64,000 nucleotides of DNA, taken from positions 1 through 64,000 of the forward strand of contig JAHDYR010000025.1 of NCBI GenBank assembly GCA_019828565.1, written 5' to 3'. A program made the position numbers and the translations under genes. Each line of letters begins with the position of its first letter. Position 1 is the first letter of the stretch. Below, one piece after another: positions 52,103 to 63,523 of the stretch. This DNA comes from Carpediemonas membranifera BICM. Lineage: Eukaryota; Protista; Fornicata. The notes beneath the pieces were generated by a model, which saw only the letters and a program-made list of their open reading frames with translations, ran no database searches and was not told where the DNA came from.

Positions 52103-55100
52103 TCAGTCATCTCCTCTTTCAACCTCTGGGCACTCACACATAATGTGGGCCGCCGATCCCAGCGGCTGACCCCTTACCCACTCCCTGATTAGTGCCTGCT
52201 TCCTGGCTTGGTTTGGCTGCTCTCTCGCTATTTGCCACAGTAACTCTATCTCGCTCTCCTTTGTGCACAGGGGGCACCTCCTTTGTATCTTGTGTTTGAG
52301 TTCCTCACCCATCGCCAGGTCCGCCAGCGCTCGCTCTGGGCCTTCACCCTTTCCGCTGATGATGGAGACGGGCTGACATTCGCTGCCACCGACACTATCC
52401 TTTTCCACTCTGCCCTTGACTGCCACTTCCCTGTCTTCCTACTTATGGCCGGTTTCCCCGCCATGCACTTTCCCATACGTTTGGGTCCTAGGACTTCCAT
52501 GAGCCCCACCGCTGTCTTGCTCTTGCACCTCCTGGTCCAGTTCATTCTTACCATCTCCCTACCAAAGTCTATCTTCCCTGCATTCGTTGCTCCCTCTCTT
52601 GTTCCTCTGAGGAGTGCGTTCACTGAGTCCCTGGCTTTCCACATAATCGATCCCTCCTTCCAGACCCTGTCTCTGATTGGTATATCCTGGCCCCTGCTTG
52701 TCACGATCCTCTTGACTGCTAGCATCTCCAGGTGGGCTTGCAGGTCCATCCATCCGTTCAAGATGCGCATGACCGAGCCCCCCACCTGGGCCTGTTCCGG
52801 CCATGATGCCCCGCCAATCCGTCCATATCTTGTTCCCCCCTGCTGCGTAGCCCCACACCTCCACTCCAAACATTATCCTCGGCCATATGTAAACTTCGAG
52901 GAGGAGCCTGCTGGCTAGCGCCGGCATGTTGCCTCTGGTCCATCCCACTCTTCTCACTAGCTTCTTGTAACTTTCGCTCTGCTCCCGCTTCTTTCTGATA
53001 CAGGCTGCCAGTGGGTCTTTTCCGCTGGCTATCCAGAGACCTAGGTACTTAGCTTCCTCTTTTGCCATTAGGGTAACTCCCCCACTCTCGCCACTGCTGC
53101 CCTGTCTACACTGATCATCTCACTCTTTTTGTGCATTTGCCCTCATGAGGTGCTCCTTGATAACTTCTATGACTAGGTTCGCCACTATCTTGCTCTTTTC
53201 CGGTGTCTCCCCTGTGACCGCTGTATCGTCCACGAACATGGTTAGGGTGGCCGGCAGCGTGTCCCGGACTCTTGGTAACTCCGTTGGTGGTTCCCTGATA
53301 TCGTACTCTTGTCCCTGATGCTTCTTCCTGACCAGGTGAGGCCAGTTTGCCATGAACAAAACGAACAGGGTCGGCGCTAGGACACATCCTTGCTTCACTC
53401 CCCTGTTTGTTCTCTCCCATGACCCTGCCCCCTTCACCGAGATCCATGTCTCTTCTAGTGTACTCTGTATTGCCCCTGATGAGGTGGTCTTCGACCCCCA
53501 TTCCCTGCAGCTTATCCATGAGGATGTCCCTCGGGACGGTGTCATAGGCTTTCTCTATGTCTAGGAAGATCGACGTGGTCTCCCCCTTCCTGGTGTCTCT
53601 GCACGATGTATTGTATCTGTTGTATTACGTCCTTATCCGATTGGAACCCTGCTTGCTCTCTTGGGATGAGGTGCCATGTGGCTGCTTCTAATCTTCTCTT
53701 CAGGAGCCTACCATACACCCTATACAGTAGTGGTGTTAGCGAGATGGGTCTGTACGACTCCGGCTTCACTCTGGGCTTCCCTGTCTTGTGGATGGCCGAG
53801 ACTGTAGCATACTTCCATGTTGTCGGGATCTTGCCCTCCCTGTATACCCTGTTCATGAGCCTAGTTATCTGAGCGATCCCCTGGTCATCTGTGTCCCTGA
53901 GCATGTCCCCTGTAGTGTGGTCCGGTCCCGGTGCAGTGTCCCTCTTTATCCTTCTGATCGCTTCTCGTATTTCTCTCTCCTTAACTTCGTCCTCCCTCTT
54001 TCCATTGCCTCTATCCTTCCACTCCGGTTCCCTGCCCCTGCTCACTCCCTGCATACTGTTGTAGGAGGATCTTACCTATTTCTTCCTTGTTGGTGGTAAT
54101 CTTCCCGTCCTTCAGTATGCTCTCTGGCATGCCCTTGAACTGGTTTTCACACCACCATCTTCTTACCGCTGCTTCCACCATGGACCTGGATGCTTTGTAT
54201 CCTTCCTTCGCGCTCCGGCTGAGGTCCTGGATCCACTCTTCCCTGCGTTTTCCCCAGAAGGCCTGTAGCTCACGCTTCATGATCTCACTTCTGGTCTTGT
54301 TTCCCCTCTTCTGTCCATGGTGTGTGCCGGAGTTCCGACCACACCTTTTCTTTGATGACCTCTTCCCTGTCTCCACTGCCTGGGTGACCTGACGGCTCGC
54401 CCATATCCTTCCTGATATCCTCCTCCCACTCATCCAGGCTCTTAAAACGGTGCAGTCTTCTGACTGATGTGCGTTCAGCCTTCTTCCTCATGTTCCACAC
54501 TCTGACGCCCGGTATGTCTAGGACTTCCTCTCTCTTTGTAGTCCGTTGGATCCGTTGTTCCCTCCATTCCAGTCTTATCATGTTGTGGGCTGACCCCCAG
54601 ACTCCGAGTCGACTAGCATCCAGTACTTCTATCCTTGCTCCTCTGATCCCTGATGATACCAGCGCGAAGTCCGGAGTGGTAGTTCCCTTGGTGAGGGTAC
54701 CTTCCATGGGGATCACTGCTCCCAGCTTATAGTCCCTGATCAGGTCCTTCCATCTTGCCATTGTGGCTATCCTTTTTGGGGTCGAGGTTCCAGTCCCCTA
54801 TGATGATTGTTTCCATCTCTCCTTTCATCTCCATAATGCTCCTTATTCCGTCCCTGAACTCGTCCTTCTCCTCCCTTCCGTGGCCGACCGGTGGGCCATA
54901 CACGTTGATCACCAGGATGTCCCTATGGGTTCTGAGTATGCTCACCTGTATCCTCCCTGATAAGCTATCTGTGATGCCTACGTCCCAGCTCCCTCTTGCT
55001 CTTGGGTTGATGATTGTGCCCACTCCTTCTCTAGTACCCCTCGTCCTGGGCGTCCGGCTACTGCTCCCTGCTATGCCCAGCTGGGCATCTATTCGGCGCT

Positions 55101-55355
55101 GGCTTTGGGCTTCTTTTCTTCCTCCTCTCGTTGTCCATAGCTAGCTCCTCCTCTGTTTCCTTCCCTGCCATTGCGTAGTCGAAGTCTATGAAGTTGTGTA
55201 CCCTCGTAGTCGCCGTCCTCCACGTTTCTTGGATGCATACTGCATCTGTGTCGCTCAGTTTCATCCTTATAGCCGTTGCCATTGAGGCCGTGGAAGTCCT
55301 TTCCCTTCCCGATGTGTCCCTCAGTGTTCAGGCTCGCTATCTTGATCGTTTCCAT
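52103..55355 (-). CDS. ORF2: APE endonuclease, reverse transcriptase and C-terminal CCHC-like finger (multiple frameshifts)
   Basis: SLNTEG, CIQETW, GDWN, APGPD, YRPISL, QAGF, GVKQGCVLAP, FVDD, KYLG and CPLC...HIMCEC. Confidence 0.9.
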
Positions 55356-55414
55356 TCTTGTACTCCGTCTTTCCTATCCTGCGAATTTTCGGAAATTCCC
55401 TGCAATCTGCCCCT

Positions 55415-55608
55415 TGTCCCGTCACGGGGCCTTCGTGCCGGCTCCGGTTACCCATGGCGGGCCAACTATGGGTTACCCTGGTGACCATCCTTACCTTCGG
55501 GCAGGGATACTTAGGAGGGGGCGCATTGGCGTGACCCCCCTTTGGCTGCCGCCACAGCCCACCGGCAGTGCATTTCAGCTAATGCCGGACCCTGGGTGGG
55601 AGCCAGGG
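55415..55608 (-). promoter_or_regulatory. Conserved structured inter-ORF RNA element, family 2 copy
   Basis: Homologue of 3753-3947 with compensatory stem changes. Confidence 0.6.
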
Positions 55609-55676
55609 TTGGATTAAAAGAAAAAGAACTGACAACTGTCACTATCACTCTCAAAAGAATACCACTTTACCCCTGC

Positions 55677-58600
55677 TTAATCGGTCTCCGTTGAGTTGCC
55701 ACTGTCACTGCCATCATCGCTCTGGTTCTCGGTTGCCATCCCCTGTTGTTGCTGCATGGTCTTCATCACCGTTGACACGATCTGGGCCACTAGCTCCATC
55801 TGGTTTAGCTGTCTCGGCTTGCGAGACCTCTTTGTCCGAGTCCTCTTCTTGTGGCGGACTACCCTGTGCTCCTTGCCGGTACCCTGGTTTCCCTGGGTGT
55901 CAGCCGGTGCTGGGGTTGGCGTCGCCTGCTCCTCCTCCCTGCTGTCCCTGGCCCTGAGTGCGAGAATCAGCTTCTTGGCTTCATCAAGTTCCTTCCTGAG
56001 TTCGTCCCTCTCCGCGTCGCTGTCACTCGACTGTCTGCTTCCAGCCTCGTAACGGGCGTCGCCGTCGAGCTTGCCCCTCTTTCCAGCCCCTCTGTAGCTC
56101 ACCGCCCTGTCCTTGCCACTCCTCTTGCCGGTCCCATGAGGGGGTGAGCGGCGTCTGCTCTCTCCGGAGTCTCTGCCCTGATCGTCCCTGCGCTCTCTGT
56201 CCTCATGGTGAGGCCCGTCTTCCCAGCGTCCTCTGACCTCGCGGCGAGGCCCGTCGTCCCTGCGCTCTCTGTCCTCGTGGTGAGGCCTGACCTCTCTGCG
56301 CTCTCTGTCCTCATGATGAGGCCTGACGTCCCTGCGCTCTCTGTCGCACCGATGGACGCCGTTGTTTCTGGGCTCTCTCTCGTCTCTGAGGGTTCCGTCG
56401 GCTCGGCGGTTGTTGGTATAGAGGTCATCTCGGCCTACTGGCCCGACCGGCGTGCCAATCATCTCGGTGAGCCGTCTGATAGATCCCTCTATGCCCATGT
56501 CCGAGTAATCGACCGTGTAGGGTCTCTCCTCCTTTCCATCTCTTGACGGGATGTACTTAACCGTCGGCCTCTGGGTGATCTTGCAGTTATCCTCTGGCGG
56601 GATGGTCGTGGACACCATACGGGTCCCCACCTTCTTCATCCGTCCCAGTGTCGTCCCTGCCTCTCTGACCCTGATACAGCCCCCAGTCTCTCGGGATGAA
56701 GGCCGCTCTGATGGTTGCGCTATACCCTGGGGGTGCCCTGACGTTCGCTATGGCTTTCTCCTCGCGTCTGACGCTCTCTGCCAGGTCGTGGACTCCCGGC
56801 TGACCCTGATGAGCAGTATCCTCCCTTGAGGGCCACCAGCTGTAGACCATCGCGATGGTGACGATGTCCTCGTCCCTAGTAACTGCCCTGCCAGCTCTTC
56901 CCTGCAACATCAGTCTCTGAATGTGGGTCGTGTTCTCATGGATCGACCATATGGGGACTCTCGTGGTGACTCCTCTCTCCATGACCGTGGTTGGGGCCAA
57001 TAGAATGCCCTTCATACCCTTAATGACCTCGCTGAATCCGAAGCCGATCCCATAGCAGTGATCGTTGTCCGGGACCACTAGGATGCGGTCGCCCTCTTCC
57101 CTGCTTAGGTCCCTGCTGTTGCCGTACGGGTGCCCTCCGAAGATGTTGAAGGTCTCACGCCTGTACGCTACTCCGTTGCCTCCGCAGAGGTCGTCTCTGA
57201 TCCCTGCGTCCCTGACCGTGTCATACATGCTGTTGAAAGCGTTACCCATCGCACTCTCCAGATCCGGCGTGCTCATCTTCTTCAGCATCATGCCCCACAC
57301 CTTCGCCGCGAACAACGTTGCATCTGCCAGCGCACAATGGTAGCACCCTGCAGTGTGCCTGTGGTACGGACAGGCCCCCTTCGGGAGCTCCCTGCGCTGC
57401 CATTGGCTGGCCCATATATCTGCCATCTCCCTGTAGTTCTTGATCTCGTAGTTTGCCCTGTACTCTCTTGCCTTATCCGGGGCGAGCTCCTCGATGGCGT
57501 CGGCCAGCTCGCTATCGTCCACCAGCCTCATTCTAAAGAAGTCCCTGGTGTCCCTGTTGAGCCCGTTGACCTCGTTCGTCAGGAGGAACTTCTCCATGTG
57601 GACGCCCTTGGCATGAAGGACTAGCTTCCAGTTCTCCCTGGTCTCTCTGTCTCTCAGCTTGGCTGCGAGCCGCGTGGCCCACTCTCTAAATCTGCTGAAG
57701 TGCTGCTGATAGTCCATCGGCACCTCCCCTGTGTCCACTTCCACGAACGTCGCTGGGGGAATCCCCGTCACTGCCCACGTCGCGTATCTGCTCTGGTCCA
57801 CCTTGTTGGCCGGCAGGTTGGGCTCATAGAAGAGGCCGTGGCCATGGCCAACGACCTCCCCCGTCTCGACGTCCACTAGCACGAGCCCCCCTCTGTCGGC
57901 ACCGCACTGATCCCTGCCCTCTCACTCCCAGGATCTCCACACTCGAAGTCGATAGAACCGAGGATGAGCTTCTTCTGACCCTGACTCTGCAATGCCTCCG
58001 GTAGGCTCCCTGCTGATGCACTTCCCTCTGATGCTCGGGGTATGCTCTCTTCTTCCTGCTGATCAAGCTCGGCTCCAAGGCCCCTTCTGGCGCTCACTCC
58101 TTCCGCTTGTGTCAACACGACCTTGGGTTTGGGGTCTTCCTCTTGGCTGGTCTGTGCGCCGCTCTCGTTGTCTGACTCTTCTTCCCTGTCCCTCTTTTTG
58201 GCGGCGGCTGGTGGCATTGATCACCCTGGCCCTGACGTCAGAGAAGACGAGCTTGTTGCTGAGCGGCGTCTCCTGTCCTTGTGCCCTTATTGCGCCTCTG
58301 CCCTCCGTGTTGACTCCTGTCTTGCACCAAGCTGCCTGCCAGACCGCCGGCGCCTCCGGGGCCTGCAACCTGAGGATGTCCCTGCCTTCCTCCATGAATC
58401 TGGTGATCTGCCATGCTTTGCAATCTCTGATGTCGATGAGGACCTTGTAGGTGCCATCGTCCTGCTCCATAGCGATCCTGGTGACCAGGCCCTGGTTAGT
58501 GGGGTCCCACACCTCCTCTCCTGCGATGGCCTCGACGGCTTTCTCATCTCCATACCCTGATGTGAGCGTGAATGTGCCCGTCTCTCTGCCCTCAATGCTG

Positions 58601-59092
58601 TCTCTCTCACTGTTCCACTCGATGTTGCTCTGTTCTCTCGGTTGGAGGATGGCCTCTTCGATCTTGTGGTCGGAAGGCCACTTGCTCATGTCCCTGTGCC
58701 CTGGTTGGATGGTGACGTTCTCCTTGGCCTCTGCTAGGCGCCGTTCTTCGTCCTCTCTCGGGTCTAAGGCCTCTGTCATTGCGTAGAAGATGTCTCGAAG
58801 CCCTAGGATTCCGTTGGGGTTACGGAGGATCTCGTCTCTGTTGTTGGTGATCCCTGCGGCACGTAGCACTCTCCTCGCATTCAGTATCACCTCTTTTCGT
58901 GCTTCTGGAGCTAGCTCCGAACGATCTCCCTGAAAAATCTTCTGCGCGACGCAGTAGTAGCGTTCTGGTGCCCTTCTCTTCCATCAAGTAGTCCGTTAGT
59001 AGCTCTCTAATCGTGTCCCACTCTTTTTGAGCGGATTCCCTGATCTTATCTGGTATCTCCACTCTCATCTGGTTGTTCTCTTTTCCCTGCAT
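55677..59092 (-). CDS. ORF1 region (probably one ~1100 aa ORF broken by indels): unknown N-terminal domain, Maelstrom/DEDDh-like domain, Arg-rich repeats, coiled coil
   Basis: IDFE, PTEGG, VTGIP, AKGVHME and CPYHRHTAGCYHCALAD; most frame changes fall at homopolymer runs. Confidence 0.7.
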
Positions 59093-59658
59093 GAAAAAAG
59101 CTTGGCAAATGCATCGACGCGAAAATCGGTCAGCATGGCCCTGCGCAGGTACTGTCCCCGCACGGACCTCCCTGTTTTCTCATTTTTCCCTGATCGTTTG
59201 TTTTGGGGCTCGCGGCGAAATGGCGCGGTTCTAAAAATGCATCGCCATTTTCATGCCACACCGTCCCTGGATTTTTGGCCGTTGTTACGCCATTCGTAGT
59301 GTGTTCGCGGCCTCTATCTGGGCCCCCTGCTGTTGTTCGCCGGTGATCCTTCCTTCCCTCTGAGCTGGCGAAAATTCCATTCCATCGATGCTCCGACATC
59401 CTTCCCTGCGCTCTCCGTCTCTTTCCCTGTAAATCTAAGCTCCATATTGTTCGTTCTCTAGTCCCTGTGGCTATGGAGCTCCCACTCATAACCGGCGGTG
59501 CACCCTGAATGTAACCTTCTGGTTCGTTGGACAGGGGCCATAGTCGCTCCTTTTGAGCTCGATGGGGCACTGTTCTATCTATTCTAGTACAGGCCTGTTG
59601 GTCTTCATCCACCCCTGTTGTAAGTGAGAACACTTAGCTGAAAACATTGGTGGACTGC

Positions 59659-61150
59659 CTCTCTGCGGCTAAGCCGTTCACTGCGTCTGTGAGGAGGAAC
59701 GTCTCCATGTGCTTTCCCTTGGCGAACAGGTGGACTCTGCAGCCTTCTCTTCTCTCATACGCTTTGAGCTCCGTCGCTAGACGGTCGCCCCACGCCTGGA
59801 AGGTGTGGACGTGCTGCTCTAGGTCTCTGGGGGGTCTGCCTGTCGCTATGTCCACGAAGGTCGCTGGTGGTAGGCCTGTGACAGCCCATGATGTGTGCCT
59901 TGACTGCTCGACTCTGTTGAGCGGCATGTCCTGGTAGAACATACCGTGGCCGTGGCCGACCACTTCACTGCTATCCACATCTATCATGACAATGCCTCCT
60001 TCGACCGGGATCGCTGGTGTGCCTTGTCTTGAGCTGCCCGTGTAGCTGCACTCAAAGTCAATGGCTGCTAGGACAAGTCTCTGGTTCGGCTGGGTCTCTG
60101 ATAAGGGCAGGCTGCTGGTCTCGTGCTGGCTCCTCCCTTCGCCTGCCATCCTTCTGGCCTCCTGCTGATCTCTGATATGCTCTTGGACGATGTCTTCCAG
60201 GCTAATCCTCGGCGGCACCTCCTTGTCTCTGTTCACACTGTCTATAGGAAGCTGAGTGCGCTTGCCTGATGCCTCGCCCCCAGCACCTGCCGCTTGGGGG
60301 TTCTTGTGGTTCTCTTGTTGGCACTGACTCTGTTTATCCTCTGAGACGCTGGGGTTGCCGGGGCTTGGCTACCACAGATACTGTCCGGCCTCGTCATTTC
60401 TACGTCGCTGTCGATGTCCGTGCTAGCAGACCTGTCCTCCTGGGAGGCATGTTCGGCTCTCTTGTCACGGCTGATCTCTGCTCCGATGATTTCGGCTCTG
60501 ACTACTGCAAACTGCGGCTTGCCACTGAGCGGCGTCTCTTCCCCTCGCTTCCGGATACCGCTACGGCCGCTGGTGTCTACTCCTGAGCTATTCCATGCCG
60601 CTTGCCACACCACTGGTGCCTCTGGTGCCTGCAGTCTCAGGATGTCTCTTGCCTCTTCCATGTACCTGGTGATGGGCCATGCCTCCGTGTCTTCCAGGTC
60701 CAGTAGAACTCTGAAGGTGCCATCCTCTTGCTCTATGGCTACTCTGGTGATGGGTCCTCTGTTGGACGGGTCCCACACTTGCTCGCCGCTGAGGCACTCG
60801 GGGGCTTCATCCTCTGCTGTCCCTGTGATGACCGAGTACATGCCAGTCTCTCTGTTTTCGACGCTGTCTCTGACGTTGTCCCACTGAATGGGGTTCTGGC
60901 CTCTGGGTTGCAGGACTGCTTGTTCGATGGACTGCTCCTTGGGCCATCTGGCCATGTCCTTGTGCCCTGGTCTCACTGATGTGGGCTCGTTAGAGCTGGC
61001 GATGCGCTGAATCTCTGCTTCTCTGGGGTCTAGGGCCTCTGTGACCATGATGAAGAGGTCGCGAAGCCCGTGGATGCCGTTCGGATGTCTGAGGATGGTG
61101 TCCCTGTTGTCGGTCACTCCTGAGGCTGCTCGCAAATCTCCGTCGTTCAT
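59659..61150 (-). mobile_element. LINE family 1, 5' part (ORF1 N-terminal domain and first half of the Maelstrom-like domain)
   Basis: 60242-61150 is homologous to 58063-58890; 59659-60236 contains IDFE, PVEGG, VTGLP and AKGKHME. Confidence 0.85.
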
Positions 61151-61206
61151 TTGTTACAGCCGTTGTTTCTTCAGTATTTGAGGACGACGAGGCAACTGAC
61201 CTCGGC

Positions 61207-62281
61207 TTGAGTGCACGCGACATCCATAAGGTACTTCTGGAGGTCCAGCGCAGGGTCGCCGCCGAATGCCCTGGGTTCAAGTCAATTGAACTCCGGGAAC
61301 AGGTCAGGCGGACGACTGTTGTCGGCGTTACTACGTTTATAACAGCAGTTAGACCCTCTGCGGAGTACAATGGCTCTGTCATGCAGCACATTGCTGTCCG
61401 TAGTCAGCCCTGCCATGCCGAGTTCCGCCAGATGCTCTCAGAAGTTCTCTCAGATGCTGGACTGAACGATGTTTCCGACTCAATCAGCCTTGAGAACTTG
61501 CCTGTGATCAACCGGGTGAGATATAAGCCTGTCAAGCAAAAAGGCAACGGTCAAATCGACCCCGACTACGATGATCAAGGCAGAGATCCCACCGATACGG
61601 TCGACTACGCAACTGTCTTCACTTGGTGTTGGTGATGAAGCAGACACACCTCAGTCAACGACAGATCGATCGGTGCCGGTTCGGAAGAAGATCGTCTTTG
61701 ACGACGAGGAAGCCAAGCGACCCAGGCTTGGTGACGACGATCTGCAGCAGGTGTCTAACAACGTGTCCGATGCTGTTGTTGACCGTATTAAGGTCCTGAT
61801 CAACGACGTTGTCTCAGAGACCCGTGTGAGAGACCCGCCTACCGAACCCGAGACATGTAAGACGACTTTCCTTAGCCTTCATCAGCGCAAAATGCTATTT
61901 GGATGTCTTGTGTGTGGTACCCCCGAGTGGTTCTTCAATCCAGACGGCACTACGTTCAGGAGATGCTGTGCTTGCAAAGGTTTCCTGCACGAGCAATGTG
62001 TCAGGACGAAGGGCAAGAAGGACTACTGTCCCGCGTGCTATATTACCGGCTCTAGCAACAAGTGCCAGGCGTGCAAAAAGGGCCTAAGATCCAAGAACAC
62101 GAAGAAAGCAGAAGAACAGGCTTCTACTCTTCTTTGCTGCCGAGGCTGTCACTGGTGGTACTGTGAGCATTGCTCTGAGGAAGTGCAGTACACCATTGAT
62201 GGCAAGTTGTACATCGTTCCCCTCTGCAGCAAATGTAAGGTTGTCTATAAGCGAGTAGAGGGCATGAGACCGATTGTTTAG
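61207..62281 (+). CDS. PHD-finger protein, paralogue of 30321-31679, probably 5'-truncated by the LINE (one frame break)
   Basis: CLVC...CCACKGFLHEQC...CPAC and CQAC...CRGCHWWYCEHC...CSKC; N-terminal RVRYK resembles GVRYK of the paralogue. Confidence 0.7.
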
Positions 62282-62324
62282 TGTTTAGTGAGAGATGATC
62301 ATAAATTGTATATATATCTGTTTA

Positions 62325-63335
62325 CTACACGTCTCTCTCAAGCGCACGGGTCATCATGCTTATGTATCGATCATTCATAAGTCTTCTCTGGTCGGTTCTT
62401 AACGGGTCATACTCGTTGACATCAGAAACGATGTCTTGCATTTCAGGAAGAGGAATGGGCCGGGCATAGCTAGTCTCAGACATGATGACCCTGGCCTCGT
62501 TGGGAAATGACAAGGAACCATTGGCTATAATCCGTCTTCCTGCTGAGCCAGGCGCGAAACGATAGCCAGAGAAGTACTTCGTCAGAAAGAAAAGAGGATT
62601 GTCGAGGCATGTCACGCGGTAGAGCCAATAGGCGTCCTGGAGAACAAGCTCATGCGCCAGAACCTTCTCAGGAGTGAGGATAATGCATGTGTTCTTGTAC
62701 TTGGCTGTCGAAATAGCACTGCACAGCTGAGACTCCTCAGATCTGTCGAGTCCGGAGCAGGTGGCAAAGTAAATCAGACGCACACGCGTCGATCTCACCA
62801 AGGAAGGGCTCTCGAATGACCTGAGGATGAGCTGGACCAGATCATGGTGATACAGAAACTCGTTCGTAGACGTATCAATGATCATACGCGACGTTTCTGT
62901 ATCAGAATGACCCGATATCACCCAGTAAGTGTCGAAGTTAGAGTACTGCGACGCCAACTCCTCAAGTACCTCGGCCAGATGGGACGTAGACTTAAAGGTG
63001 CGGGCAACGGCAGTCAGCCACTCATCATCAACGAGCTCTAGAGCCGTCTTGAGCTTGAAATGATAGCCAGATGAGTTGGCAAGACTTTCCACGCGGAAGA
63101 CGGGGTAGGGCTGAGTCGGGGTCTCGAAACCATGCAGCGGCTCGATGGTGATTAGCACCCGTCGGTTAATCAACTTCTCTGTTGTAAAAGGACACTCGTG
63201 AGAGGAAGAAGACTTGAAACCGATCCCGCGATGTCCACGCCTGAGCTGAACCTTACCACAGACACATTCAAAGACTTCTTGGTCCTTACTGATGCGTCGC
63301 GTGCCGAATTCTCCGTATTTCTCGTCCATTTGCAA
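62325..63335 (-). CDS. Putative caspase-hemoglobinase-fold (CHAT/clan CD) protease-like protein
   Basis: Hydrophobic strand plus SGHS (WVISGHS) and, ~45 aa later, hydrophobic strand plus TCS (LIYFATCS). Confidence 0.5.
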   Translation of the reverse strand: MQMDEKYGEFGTRRISKDQEVFECVCGKVQLRRGHRGIGFKSSSSHECPFTTEKLINRRVLITIEPLHGFETPTQPYPVFRVESLANSSGYHFKLKTALELVDDEWLTAVARTFKSTSHLAEVLEELASQYSNFDTYWVISGHSDTETSRMIIDTSTNEFLYHHDLVQLILRSFESPSLVRSTRVRLIYFATCSGLDRSEESQLCSAISTAKYKNTCIILTPEKVLAHELVLQDAYWLYRVTCLDNPLFFLTKYFSGYRFAPGSAGRRIIANGSLSFPNEARVIMSETSYARPIPLPEMQDIVSDVNEYDPLRTDQRRLMNDRYISMMTRALERDV

Positions 63336-63523
63336 TGTGCCATTTTTTTTTCATGAATGGCACATTTTGATTTGAAGCAAAGGACAAGCTTTTGATCCAA
63401 GTAAAGAGGTATACCTTCATTGCTACACTATTTATGCATGCTACTGCAGTATTGTTCGGATCTGATCAGCGATGCGCCTGTTCTTCGGATCGGGAGTTGC
63501 GAGAAAAAAAAGAGAACGAAGAT

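Larger units (their letters stand above)
51129..59658 (-). mobile_element. Full-length 8.5 kb APE-type non-LTR retrotransposon, family 2
   Basis: TSD CTCTCTGCGGCTAAG at 51114-51128 and 59659-59673 (3 bp ambiguous with the tail); (TTTC)n 3' tail at 51126-51144; ORF1 and ORF2 present. Confidence 0.9.
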
